Shown one piece after another: positions 46,726 through 56,751 of a DNA stretch of 64,000 bases. Source of the stretch: Candidatus Zixiibacteriota bacterium (GTDB lineage Bacteria > Zixibacteria > MSB-5A5 > GN15 > JAAZOE01); the NCBI GenBank assembly GCA_043819555.1, contig JBDREQ010000027.1, positions 1 to 64,000 on the forward strand, in the 5' to 3' direction. The notes below the pieces were generated by a model. The model did no database searches, had not been told where the DNA came from, and saw only the letters and a program-made list of their open reading frames with translations. Both the position numbers and the translations under genes were made by a program. Position 1 is the stretch's first letter. Every line of letters begins with the position of its first letter.

Positions 46726-48093
46726 TTATATAGTTCTGGAAAACAAAGGCGTTTTGCCATCGCGACGGTTGCGCATATAGGCATCAAATACCATAGCGAT
46801 ATTTCGCACAAATATCATTCCCCCAGGCAAAACATTTAAGCCTTCCCTGGTGCGAATTAGTAATTTGTCGGAGATAAATTCGGACAGGTCTTTATCTTCC
46901 TGTGTGAAATATTCCGAATACGAAACGCCAAAACGATTTTTGAATTCCGCGAAATTTAATACTCCATTGCACATGATTGAGATAATGGTCCAGCGGCGAA
47001 TTTTGTCATCATCGTTCAATTTTATCCCCTTCGAAATAGCTATCTTACCGCTTTCAATAGTATTCATATAGGCGTCGAGTTCTGAAATGTTTTGGACGAA
47101 GCAGCCCCCGATATCTCCGATAGCCGACATCCCGATACCGATCATATCGCTGGTTAATTTGCTGGTATATCCCATAAAATTACGATGCAGCGTTCCTTTG
47201 TCAACTGCCTTGGCCAGTTCGTCATCGGGCCGGGCAAAATGATCCATGCCAACCTGGACATAACCGGCTCCAAAAAATTTTTCCACCGCAGTCGCAAAGA
47301 GGTCATATTTCAGCTCAGCCTGGGGAAGTTCATTTTCAACAATTTTGCGCTGGTGCTCTTTGATGCTGGGCAAATGGGCGTAACTGTAAACAGCGACGCG
47401 ATCAGCGCCCATATCGATAACCTGCTGAATCGTTTCAGAGAAGTTTTCAATCGTCTGAAGCGGCAAGCCATAAATCAGATCAATATTAATTCCGGTAAAT
47501 CCGAGCTTGCGGCAATAATTAAATAGTTTTTTAGTTTCTTCATGCGTTTGATTTCGACCGATTGCATTTTGAACGATTGGGGTGAAATCCTGTACCCCGA
47601 ACGAAATCCGATTGAATCCATGATTGCGCAATAATTTTAGCTGTTCCTGAGTCGTTATTCGGGGATCGACTTCTATCGCGATTTCAGCGTCATTCTCGAA
47701 AACAAATCGGCTTTTTACGGAATTGAAAAGTCGAGTGAGCTGCTCTTCCGACAAATAGGTTGGCGTGCCGCCGCCCCAATGCATTTGAATTAGATGGTTG
47801 CGATTTTTCAAACGGTCCGTTACCATTTGAAGTTCTTTGTCGACAATATCCAGGTATTGGCCGGGTTTATCAAGCCTTTTAGTTACGCTGGTATTGCATC
47901 CGCAATAATGGCATCTCTGCCGGCAGAAGGGTATGTGAATATACATCGAAAGAGGCTCATCCGTTCGCGAGGCTATGTCAAGGGCAGTCATATAATCATT
48001 AGAGCCGAATTCGGATGACCATTCCGGAACAGTTGGATAACTTGTATAACGCGGGCCGGGACGATCATATTTATGAAGTAGTTGTCGTATCAA
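46726..48093 (-). CDS. hemN: Oxygen-independent coproporphyrinogen III oxidase (radical SAM)
   Basis: GPRYTSYPT, YIHIPFCRQRCHYCGC, HWGGGTP, GMDHFA, HRNFMGY. Confidence 0.96.
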   Translation of the reverse strand: MIRQLLHKYDRPGPRYTSYPTVPEWSSEFGSNDYMTALDIASRTDEPLSMYIHIPFCRQRCHYCGCNTSVTKRLDKPGQYLDIVDKELQMVTDRLKNRNHLIQMHWGGGTPTYLSEEQLTRLFNSVKSRFVFENDAEIAIEVDPRITTQEQLKLLRNHGFNRISFGVQDFTPIVQNAIGRNQTHEETKKLFNYCRKLGFTGINIDLIYGLPLQTIENFSETIQQVIDMGADRVAVYSYAHLPSIKEHQRKIVENELPQAELKYDLFATAVEKFFGAGYVQVGMDHFARPDDELAKAVDKGTLHRNFMGYTSKLTSDMIGIGMSAIGDIGGCFVQNISELDAYMNTIESGKIAISKGIKLNDDDKIRRWTIISIMCNGVLNFAEFKNRFGVSYSEYFTQEDKDLSEFISDKLLIRTREGLNVLPGGMIFVRNIAMVFDAYMRNRRDGKTPLFSRTI

Positions 48094-49135
48094 TTTTGCT
48101 TTTACCTTTTTTCTTGAAATTATATGAGTGCACCGTATCTATGACAAGGCGAGCGTTATCTACCGGCGTTGTCGGCTGAATTCCGTGACCGAGATTGAAA
48201 ATATAGTGATCATAGTCGGGCACATCGTTCAATAATCTAATTACCTCGAGTTCGAGCTTTGCCGGTGATATTAGTAACAGGCGCGGATTCAAATTCCCCT
48301 GAATAGTTTTGCCTTCCAATTTAGAAAAGGCGTGCCTGATATCAGTTTGCCAATCAATCCCGATGACTTCGCAATCAAGTCCGGCCAATAATTCGAGATA
48401 AGGCGAACAATTTGGATTGAATACTATTCGAGGTATGTTTGGGGTTTTACATTTTCTCAGCGTCTTTTGAATGTATGGAAGGGAGAATTGTTGATAATCT
48501 TCCGGCGATAAAATTCCGCCCCGACTGTCAAAAATCTGAATTATATTGGCTCCTGCATTGATCTGAGCTTTTAAGTATTCACCGAGGATATCCGAGAGCA
48601 GGTCAAGAGTTTTTTTGGCGGCCGATTGGTTATTATGAATAAAGCGTTTAATTTCCGTTCCTCCACCGCTCCCTTTTCCCTCAACCATATAATGAAGAAG
48701 AGTAAAAGGCGAACCGCAAAAACCGATTAAAGGGAGGCGGCCGTTAAGCCTTTTTCTGGTTTCCGTTATCCCCTCTAAAACGATTTTCAATTTGTCTTCC
48801 GGATTATACGCGCGAAGAGACGCAACATCTTTGCTACTTCTAATCAGCGGCTCTATTCGAGCGCCGGTGTCATCGAATCCGATTTTGATTCCCAAAGGTT
48901 CGAGAGGAAGGAGGATATCGGAAAAAATAATGGCGGCATCGGCGCCGATTATTTCCACCGGCTGCATTGTAACATCGGCAATTAACCGTGGAGAGCGGCA
49001 GATATCCAGAAAAGTATGCGTCTTTTTGATTTCCTGGTATTCCAGGAGATAGCGGCCTGCCTGGCGCATGATCCATGCCGGAAGACGGTCATGAGGTTTG
49101 CCCCAGGCGGCGTCGATCAAACCGAAATTACTCAT
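48071..49135 (-). CDS. hemE: Uroporphyrinogen decarboxylase
   Basis: WIMRQAGRY, DAAIIFSDIL, IGFCGSPFT, QIFDS, IFNLGHGI. Confidence 0.95.
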   Translation of the reverse strand: MSNFGLIDAAWGKPHDRLPAWIMRQAGRYLLEYQEIKKTHTFLDICRSPRLIADVTMQPVEIIGADAAIIFSDILLPLEPLGIKIGFDDTGARIEPLIRSSKDVASLRAYNPEDKLKIVLEGITETRKRLNGRLPLIGFCGSPFTLLHYMVEGKGSGGGTEIKRFIHNNQSAAKKTLDLLSDILGEYLKAQINAGANIIQIFDSRGGILSPEDYQQFSLPYIQKTLRKCKTPNIPRIVFNPNCSPYLELLAGLDCEVIGIDWQTDIRHAFSKLEGKTIQGNLNPRLLLISPAKLELEVIRLLNDVPDYDHYIFNLGHGIQPTTPVDNARLVIDTVHSYNFKKKGKSKIDTTTTS

Positions 49136-49842
49136 TAAGCTTCACCGCCCGGCGTGAATTTGTATCCCGTACCCCAGATAGTATGCAGATATTTCGGATG
49201 AGCCGTATCTGATTCAAATATCTTGCGTAACTTGACAATAAAATTATCGACCGTTCTGTTTGAGGGATAGATATCGTATCCCCAGACGGCATCGAGTATC
49301 ATATCTCGTGTTACGACTTCGTCGGCATGTTCGGTTAGGAGCTTCATGATCATGCATTCTTTTTGAGATAATTCCCGTTCACCGTCAACCCCTCGGGCAT
49401 GGAAAGATTTGAAGTCAATCCAGAATTCTCCGAATGAAAATCTATTTTTGGATATTGCCTTATCGCTGAACCAGGCCTGGCGTCTGAAAATTGCCGATAC
49501 ACGAACTAATAACTCTTTTAAGCTGAATGGTTTGGTCAGGTAATCATCACCACCGGCGATAATTCCCTCAACCCGGTCGTCAGTCTGATCTCGGGCGGTG
49601 AGAAATAAAATTGGAATGCGATCGCCTTCTTTGCGAATCGTCCTGCAGACCGTAAGACCGTCTATACCGGGCAACATGATATCCAGAATTATCAGGTCAA
49701 AGGCTCCCCGACGCCATACCTCCAGGGCGGCATGTCCATCGGCGGCAATTACGGCCTCATATCCTTGAGCCTCCATATTCATCTGGATTCCGTCGGAAAT
49801 ATGAGCCTCATCCTCAACTATAAGTATTTTTTTCTTCATCAT
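49135..49842 (-). CDS. OmpR/PhoB-family response regulator
   Basis: ILIVEDE, LDIMLP, FLTA, DYLTKPF, winged helix RTVDNFI...TIWGTGY. Confidence 0.95.
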   Translation of the reverse strand: MMKKKILIVEDEAHISDGIQMNMEAQGYEAVIAADGHAALEVWRRGAFDLIILDIMLPGIDGLTVCRTIRKEGDRIPILFLTARDQTDDRVEGIIAGGDDYLTKPFSLKELLVRVSAIFRRQAWFSDKAISKNRFSFGEFWIDFKSFHARGVDGERELSQKECMIMKLLTEHADEVVTRDMILDAVWGYDIYPSNRTVDNFIVKLRKIFESDTAHPKYLHTIWGTGYKFTPGGEA

Positions 49843-51179
49843 TTTGCCAGCGGAAGGGTTATTACAAATTTCGAACCCTGGTTGGTCCCCTTGGATGATG
49901 CAGTAACTGTGCCGGTATGAGCATCAATTATTTGTCTGACCAGAAATAGGCCCAGTCCGCTGCCATTAACGGTACGAGTCATTTCATCGCCGATGCGGTA
50001 AAATCTATTGAAAATTTTTGGAATTTCGGAAGCCGGGATTCCGATTCCATTATCAATTATCTGTATCATTGAATTTCTCTTATCCGAGCTCAGCAATACC
50101 GAAATTGATTTATTTTCCGGAGTTGAATATTTCATGGCATTGTCGATGAGCGCTCTTATAGCTCTGCCCAGAGCTTGATAATCGGTTCGGGCGAAAATGC
50201 CGGGTTGGATATCACGCTTAAGTATGCCCCGGTTCCGAGCAATATAAGGCTCGATGCTGTCCAGGTATTTATTTAAGTCATGAGATAAACTTGTCTTTTT
50301 GAGTTTTAGTGAATAATCGCTTTTACTGAAATGACCCGCTTGCAAAACATTATCAATCATGTCTTCAAGGCGATTGGTATCGTCAATCATCCGGGGAATT
50401 ATTTCACCGGTTTTTTTTGGATTGACATTACCGGTCTGTAAAGTCTCAAGGTACAATCGCAGCGATGTAATAGGCGTCCTGAATTCATGCGTTACAGCCT
50501 GAATAAAATTCCGCTGCTGAGATTTTAATTCTTCCGACCGGCGAAGCGTGCGATATATGAGCGTAGCTCCGAGAAGAATAATAAAGGTGAAAAAGCTGCC
50601 CTCGGAAACGAACATAGTTATCCGGCGATTAAACTTATTCTCAAGATTTTCTAATACTCCGGGAGAGATGGAAATCATTTCTGGAGATATCCAATATCCG
50701 GATTGACCGTTGGTATGATCGGAAAAATTGAATTCCAACTCAAGATTTTCTTGTTCGGCCAGGCGTACGGGATAGTTTTTGTCAAAAAAGATTTTGATTC
50801 CAGATGTTAATTCGGCATAAAACACCGAATCAGTTTTACCTCCGATTAGCAGTTGACCGCCTTCTTCGATTAGCCAACCTGAAATTTTTGCATCAGCGAA
50901 CAGGCTGGCAAAATATTGGGATAAATCCTGGTCAGGAATCTTATGTGATTCCAAATCAAGAATAACAGTCTTAATCACGAGCAGGAATTCAGTATTAATT
51001 TGGGCGGTAAGTTTCTCAATTTTTAATTCATAGATTTCAACGGATCTGAGGTATGATGTATGGGCCTGGTCGATTTGAAATACAATCCACCATGTCAATT
51101 GTCCGATGCAAAACAGGACAACAAAAATAAAAACAAGGAAGGCAAAACGGACTGTTTTTTTTTCACGAATAGGCGCCAT
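49839..51179 (-). CDS. Membrane sensor histidine kinase
   Basis: Two TMs; H-box VTHEFRTP; N-box DNAMKY; DNGIGI, FNRFYR, GSGLGL. Confidence 0.95.
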   Translation of the reverse strand: MAPIREKKTVRFAFLVFIFVVLFCIGQLTWWIVFQIDQAHTSYLRSVEIYELKIEKLTAQINTEFLLVIKTVILDLESHKIPDQDLSQYFASLFADAKISGWLIEEGGQLLIGGKTDSVFYAELTSGIKIFFDKNYPVRLAEQENLELEFNFSDHTNGQSGYWISPEMISISPGVLENLENKFNRRITMFVSEGSFFTFIILLGATLIYRTLRRSEELKSQQRNFIQAVTHEFRTPITSLRLYLETLQTGNVNPKKTGEIIPRMIDDTNRLEDMIDNVLQAGHFSKSDYSLKLKKTSLSHDLNKYLDSIEPYIARNRGILKRDIQPGIFARTDYQALGRAIRALIDNAMKYSTPENKSISVLLSSDKRNSMIQIIDNGIGIPASEIPKIFNRFYRIGDEMTRTVNGSGLGLFLVRQIIDAHTGTVTASSKGTNQGSKFVITLPLAK

Positions 51180-51216
51180 TATCAGAAATTCCTCAAAAGT
51201 ATTGTCTTATCTTTGC

Positions 51217-51255
51217 AACATATGAATTACTCGCACCGGTTGTCAAATGTGACAA
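51217..51255 (-). promoter_or_regulatory. Sigma70-like promoter of the TCS-hem operon with a palindrome over the -35
   Basis: Minus strand TTGACA-18 bp-TATGTT; palindrome TTGTCA-AATG-TGACAA at 51240-51255. Confidence 0.5.
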
Positions 51256-51353
51256 TTTTGATATTTTAAAACGTCTATCATGGAATTAAGTTCCGCGATA
51301 AAAATAAATGTCATGAAATTGTCATAAGTTCTGGCTGATAGCCTTCTTAATGA

Positions 51354-52247
51354 TTAGATTCTTAACCTTTTTGCTTTTCCAAACATTCTGGGGGAGGGCA
51401 ACCCTGAGACGATCAGAGAAATGAAAATTAAAACTCCTCCCAGCGCCCTATACAGGATCGGCGTTTCGCCTCCGAGGGTCCAGGCAAAGAGGGCCACAAA
51501 AACCGGTTCCGTCGCGAATATCAGGGAAACTTTTAGAGGCGCCACAAGTTTTTGAGATAGAAGCTGGATCACAAAAGCTGACAAGGTTGGGAAAATGGCA
51601 AGAAATACAATGACCCCACCGATTTTAGACCCGGTGATGGTAAAGGGTAAATCAAAGATGATTCCGGTTATAACGCTAAAGATGCCCATTAACAAAAATT
51701 GCTGGCAGCTCAGGACAAAAGCATCGCTTCCGCTTTTCATATATTTGTCTGCAACTAAGACATGAAGCGCGTACATGACAGCCGCGCCGACAGTCAGGAT
51801 ATCGCCGGTATTTATATCCCTCAGTCCTCCGGTCAGAACCCAAAGGCCAAGAAGTGACAAAATTACCGCCAGTGACTCCATAAATTTTGATTTGCGGCCA
51901 AAGATGACAAAATTAAAAACAGGGATAAAAGCAACGAAGAGCCCAGTAATAAATCCTGAATTGGATGCGGTGGTATATTTAAGCCCGATTGTCTGGAGGA
52001 CATATAAGAGCCAAAGAGCCAAAGCCAGAATAAAACCCTGGCGTAGATTTTTCAATACATTTCTTTTTGTGACAGCCAAAAATGGAAGTAGAATAATGCC
52101 GGCCAGCAAAAAACGGTAAGCCACCATAATTACCGGATCTACACCGCTCAAAGCATCTTTGACGATAAAAAATGTTGATCCCCAAATCGCGGCCGAATAT
52201 ATCAGGCCTGCGCCGGCAAAGGCCGATTTTAATTTTTTTGAGGCCAT
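51354..52247 (-). CDS. DMT/EamA-family transporter
   Basis: IWGSTFFIVK, GLKYTTASNSGFITGL, EPVF; about 10 TM helices. Confidence 0.92.
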   Translation of the reverse strand: MASKKLKSAFAGAGLIYSAAIWGSTFFIVKDALSGVDPVIMVAYRFLLAGIILLPFLAVTKRNVLKNLRQGFILALALWLLYVLQTIGLKYTTASNSGFITGLFVAFIPVFNFVIFGRKSKFMESLAVILSLLGLWVLTGGLRDINTGDILTVGAAVMYALHVLVADKYMKSGSDAFVLSCQQFLLMGIFSVITGIIFDLPFTITGSKIGGVIVFLAIFPTLSAFVIQLLSQKLVAPLKVSLIFATEPVFVALFAWTLGGETPILYRALGGVLIFISLIVSGLPSPRMFGKAKRLRI

Positions 52248-52378
52248 GATTAATTCAGTAAAAGTATTGTTGAGAAAATGTCAAGTCATATGCCCGGAGA
52301 AATCATCATCTATTCAGGATTGGCCGTTATATGACAGCCGATTTAATCTTTTGATTCAGATGACGATTATCCAAAAGT

Positions 52379-53620
52379 CTATTTTTCAATTTTTCTAATT
52401 TTCATATATAGCATTATCGCCAGGAAAGTTATTATCAAAGTTGCGACAATCAGACCCTGTCTTCGGAAATAATATTCATCGATCAGATCGGCCGACATTG
52501 ACTTGACCGAATCGGCTTTGGCGATTCCAAGTTTTGCCTTGGGACCGACTGAGTCGATATTAAAGGCATGAATTAGAGTTCGAGTTTGAATCAGAGACTG
52601 ATCGACATCCTTCATGAGAAATTCTTCATCGGTGGTCATCATTCCTTTGGCAATAGCCTCATCCAACGATTGCTGAGCTTCGCCGTGAAAACGGACAAGA
52701 TTATCGATGGATACGCGCAGACTGTCGGCCGTCATAAAGCCTATCGTACCGTCGTCGGCACTATGGCAGTTAGTGCAAATGGCAGGTTCTTTTGAACCGA
52801 TCATGTTATCCGAAGGCTTGACAATCATGTGATTTGAATGACAAATTTCACACATTGGGATATCGTTTTCCCGGAAGGCTTCGGCATGAGGCGAGCGGTT
52901 GAAAAGCTCCGCCTCAATGGCGTGGCATAATCCGCATACCGCCGCCAGTGAATTGACACCGGGCGGAGCGGCGCCATGATTGCCGTGACAATCATTGCAG
53001 GCCGGGGCGCCCAGGTCATTTCTCTCAAGCAAAGCCTGCCCGTGAACCGATTTGCTAAAGTTATCGAGTTGGTTTGTTGGGATGCCATATTCAGCCATGT
53101 ATTCGGTATCGGCATGGCATTTCCCGCAAGTTTGCGGAATATTGACTGGGTAAGTACTGGAATGGGGCATGCGTCCACCGCCAATTTTGTGCACTTCATG
53201 GCATGATACGCAGTTGGCAACTTTTTTGTCTTTCTTGCCGAATAATCGTTGTCCGTGAATCGAGGTTTTATATTTGGCTAGCTGGTCTACTGGCAAAGAA
53301 GGGTTATGTTCATGCATGTATTCTGCATCCGAATGGCAGCGGGCGCAAAACTCGGGAACTTTCGTGAAGTTTGGAATGCCGACATAATTACGGCTGTCGC
53401 GAACATCATCCATATCATCGGCAGAAGTGTTTCCACCATGGCAGTCCGCGCAGCCAAAACCTTTTTGAAAATGAACGTCGCGAGATATTATATGCGCCGG
53501 TCCATCATCTTCTTCCCAGTCGAGATGGCAATTTAGACAATTATCACTGTTTCCTTGGCTTAATACGGGCATATATAATAATGCCATCGCCAGTATGCTC
53601 ATTATAATTTTCATAATCAT
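52379..53620 (-). CDS. Membrane-anchored multiheme cytochrome c (9 CxxCH)
   Basis: CLNCH, CADCH, CARCH, CVSCH, CGKCH, CNDCH, CGLCH, CEICH, CTNCH; signal peptide; C-terminal TM. Confidence 0.92.
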   Translation of the reverse strand: MIMKIIMSILAMALLYMPVLSQGNSDNCLNCHLDWEEDDGPAHIISRDVHFQKGFGCADCHGGNTSADDMDDVRDSRNYVGIPNFTKVPEFCARCHSDAEYMHEHNPSLPVDQLAKYKTSIHGQRLFGKKDKKVANCVSCHEVHKIGGGRMPHSSTYPVNIPQTCGKCHADTEYMAEYGIPTNQLDNFSKSVHGQALLERNDLGAPACNDCHGNHGAAPPGVNSLAAVCGLCHAIEAELFNRSPHAEAFRENDIPMCEICHSNHMIVKPSDNMIGSKEPAICTNCHSADDGTIGFMTADSLRVSIDNLVRFHGEAQQSLDEAIAKGMMTTDEEFLMKDVDQSLIQTRTLIHAFNIDSVGPKAKLGIAKADSVKSMSADLIDEYYFRRQGLIVATLIITFLAIMLYMKIRKIEK

Positions 53621-53624
53621 GCCT

Positions 53625-54743
53625 TTATTCCACCAGGTAACCAATGATTGTCATAGCCAGTATAAACAGAACCACAAATATTCCGAAGACTACGACTAAC
53701 TTTGATCTTTTATTTTCCGCGGCTTTTCTATCCAAGGCCGGTATCAGGAGCCAAATGATCCCGCCCAATCCAAACACGGCTATTCCAAAAAGTTCGCCCT
53801 CAATAAACCATATATGGGCGGGAAGCATTTTCAGGGCCTGAAAGGCAAACATAAAATACCACTCCGGCCTGATAACGGCCGGAGGAGGTGCAAAGGGATC
53901 GGCCTTTTCGCCCAACGGCCAATGGATGACGCCGATTCCATCAGGGAAAATGACCGCCAGGAGAGCGAGGATGTTTAGCATTATCAACCAAACCAGCGCG
54001 TCGCGATACAGAAAATTGGGGAAAAATTTGATATATTTTTTTTCTTTAGGCTTTTTGTCGGCCCATGTTATTGGCTCGCTCATACCCTGACGCTGGACAA
54101 AGATTAAATGCAAAGATAATAATCCGACGAATAATGCCGGCAGGATCGCGACGTGTAATCCGAAGAAGCGCCCGATTGTAGCCCCGGTAACTTCCTCTCC
54201 GCCGCGCATGATAATCAATAGTTGTTTTCCAATAATAGGAATCGCACCAGCCATCCCGCTCCCGACTCGGGTAGCGAAGAAAGATAATTCATTCCATGGA
54301 AGAAGATATCCTGAAAACCCGAAAGACAGCGATAATCCCAGAATTCCGATACCGGTATACCATGTCAATTCTCTTGGCTTGCGGTAAGCGTGGGTGAAAA
54401 ACACGGTAAACATGTGCAGAAAGGCGAAAAGGACCATTAAATTGGCTGACCATGAGTGCAAAGATCGAATCAACCATCCGAAAGAAACTTCGGTGACAAT
54501 AAATTTAACCGATTCATACGCCGATTCAGACCCCGGACGATAATACATTAACAGCAGAATTCCGGTACCGACCTGAATCAAAAACAAAAACAGTGTTATG
54601 CCGCCCAGATAGTAGAACAAGGAATGACTATGCTGCGGCACAATTTTACTGCTCATGTAGTCGATCAATGCTTTAATCTTTAGCCGACTGTCAATCCACT
54701 TAAATGATGATTGTGAAATATGGCGCTTATTATCATTTAGCAC
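53625..54743 (-). CDS. Cytochrome b of a Rieske/cytochrome b complex (b6-like N-terminus fused to subunit IV)
   Basis: GWLIRSLHSWSAN, LHMF, GFSGYLLPW, RFFGLH, LH, PEWY. Confidence 0.93.
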   Translation of the reverse strand: MLNDNKRHISQSSFKWIDSRLKIKALIDYMSSKIVPQHSHSLFYYLGGITLFLFLIQVGTGILLLMYYRPGSESAYESVKFIVTEVSFGWLIRSLHSWSANLMVLFAFLHMFTVFFTHAYRKPRELTWYTGIGILGLSLSFGFSGYLLPWNELSFFATRVGSGMAGAIPIIGKQLLIIMRGGEEVTGATIGRFFGLHVAILPALFVGLLSLHLIFVQRQGMSEPITWADKKPKEKKYIKFFPNFLYRDALVWLIMLNILALLAVIFPDGIGVIHWPLGEKADPFAPPPAVIRPEWYFMFAFQALKMLPAHIWFIEGELFGIAVFGLGGIIWLLIPALDRKAAENKRSKLVVVFGIFVVLFILAMTIIGYLVE

Positions 54744-55210
54744 TATGACATCTCCCTGGCAATAGAGATTTCATCTTCGACTTCGTTGACAATGTATTTC
54801 TCCAATGGTTTCGGGGGAGGGCCTGATATATTATTACCGTTCAGATCGTATCGGCCATTATGGCACGAACACCAGATTATTCCCAGATCGGGGCGGTGTT
54901 GGACGGTGCAATCCAGATGAGTACAGGTTGCGGAAAGAGCTTTTAGCTCGCCTTCCGGTGTTACAATAATTATACCGAGAGAACGGCCAAATTTGAAAGT
55001 TTTTGATTTTTGGGGTTCGGCTTCGATCTCTGCCCGTCCAAACGGCAATTTTAGCTGAGACACGTTGGCTTCGCCTGATTCGGGCGGAATAATGAATTTT
55101 ATAACGGGGAATAAGACTGAACCCAAAAAAGCAACTATCGCTCCGCCCGTAATCCATTTTATGAAGCTGCGCCTGGAAATATTGTTCTCCTGCAATGCTC
55201 GCCCTTTCAA
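54743..55210 (-). CDS. Rieske 2Fe-2S subunit
   Basis: Tat motif SRRSFIK, CTHLDC and CSCHNG, GPPPKPL. Confidence 0.94.
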   Translation of the reverse strand: MKGRALQENNISRRSFIKWITGGAIVAFLGSVLFPVIKFIIPPESGEANVSQLKLPFGRAEIEAEPQKSKTFKFGRSLGIIIVTPEGELKALSATCTHLDCTVQHRPDLGIIWCSCHNGRYDLNGNNISGPPPKPLEKYIVNEVEDEISIAREMS

Positions 55211-55436
55211 TCAAAATTCCCTAATTTACAATCGCATGTATATTATGACCAATATCTTAAGTCAATTAGACCAAAACAATCCCTATTGTCGCAGATATTT
55301 CAAACGGAAATGTAATAATAATACGACTCATCGGCAATAAAAAATATTGAGTTAGATAATCCATGATAATTCATAATCTGGTTTATTTTATCCTTACAAA
55401 ATTGACGGCGTTTATATATATTCAGACACGGTTTCA

Positions 55437-56072
55437 ATGAGACTCAGTTTATTTAATGCCATAAACTGCACGGGAGCGATTTTGCTTAATAATATACCCA
55501 GGCCAATACTGAATAGAATGCGATATCTTGAAGAGATTGATACCCGTGATAGAAGCGATGGCACCGAACGAATGGATCGTTTGCGCCAGATTCCTCCCGA
55601 ATCGGGTAAGTTTATTGCTCTTATGGCTGTATCCGCCCCGCCCGGAGATATTCTTGAAATCGGAACCAGCGCCGGGTATTCGACTCTCTGGCTCGCTCTC
55701 GCGGCACGTGAGAGAAAATGTAAAATACTCACTTTTGAAACTCTTAAGAAAAAAGTAACTTTGGCTGAGCAGACTTTTACCGATGCGGCGGTGACGGATG
55801 TCGTTTCACTAATTGCCGAGGATGCTTTAAATCAAATTGAAAAATACCCGGGAACAGCTTTCTGTTTTCTTGATGCGGAAAAAGAGGTTTACGCCGCATG
55901 CTACAAAGAAGTTATCCCCGTGCTCGCATCCGGCGGGCTTCTGATTGCCGATAATGTTATCAGTCATAAAAAAGACTTGCAGCCCTGGGTGGATTCGGTT
56001 TTGCAGGATACCAGAGTTGATGCAATAGTCGTCCCAATTGGTAAAGGTTTGTTGCTATGCCGGAAACGATAG
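55437..56072 (+). CDS. SAM-dependent O-methyltransferase (possible TTG start at 55482)
   Basis: LEIGTSAGYSTLWLA, FLDAEK, GGLLIADN. Confidence 0.9.
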   Translation: MRLSLFNAINCTGAILLNNIPRPILNRMRYLEEIDTRDRSDGTERMDRLRQIPPESGKFIALMAVSAPPGDILEIGTSAGYSTLWLALAARERKCKILTFETLKKKVTLAEQTFTDAAVTDVVSLIAEDALNQIEKYPGTAFCFLDAEKEVYAACYKEVIPVLASGGLLIADNVISHKKDLQPWVDSVLQDTRVDAIVVPIGKGLLLCRKR

Positions 56073-56130
56073 ACTCGATCTAATTAAGAGCTTGCCTTGC
56101 TTGATATCTCGATAATCCCAATAATTTTAT

Positions 56131-56427
56131 TTAAAGCTCTTCCGTCAGCTCGATGAATCTTTTGTATTCGATGGCAGTCCAGCTCTGAGCCTGGTAAGCG
56201 CCATTGGCGAGGCTGATCATTGAAACTTTTGCGGCGACATCAGGATTGGGAGCTTCGTAAATGCTCAGAAAATCAAAACTCCCTAATAAAGCATAATGGG
56301 CGATAAAATTGACTTCCGGGCAGGATTCCTTAACCTGTTTCATCCAGATATTGCCCAATTTGGCCCGCTCTTTTATCTTCCTTCCCGATTCGGTCGAGAG
56401 CTTAGTCATTAGTATAAAAGTCTGCAT
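56131..56427 (-). CDS. GYD-domain protein
   Basis: YALLGSFDFLSIYEAP...AAKVS; 98 aa; GAGG RBS. Confidence 0.82.
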   Translation of the reverse strand: MQTFILMTKLSTESGRKIKERAKLGNIWMKQVKESCPEVNFIAHYALLGSFDFLSIYEAPNPDVAAKVSMISLANGAYQAQSWTAIEYKRFIELTEEL

Positions 56428-56751
56428 AAGGTAACCTCATTTAAACAACATTTGATCTAATTATGGTACGAAATTCTGAGGGTAAGATTGGCTATAATCA
56501 GTAAAGAGCAATTCTCGATAATTGGGGAACATTTGACGCCAATTTCTGTTAATAGTAATATCGACAAATATAGTCCATGATGCGTACATATTGCGTGCCT
56601 AAAATTGTAATGAACGGGCACAGGACAATTGCGCGTATGGTTAATCAGATTTCGCACCTGGGGAGAGACATAACCGGAATGGTGATAATTTTTTCATTTT
56701 CTTTAAAGCTGGCCTCACCGGGCGTCATGGCCGGCTATTGCAGAGGATGTA

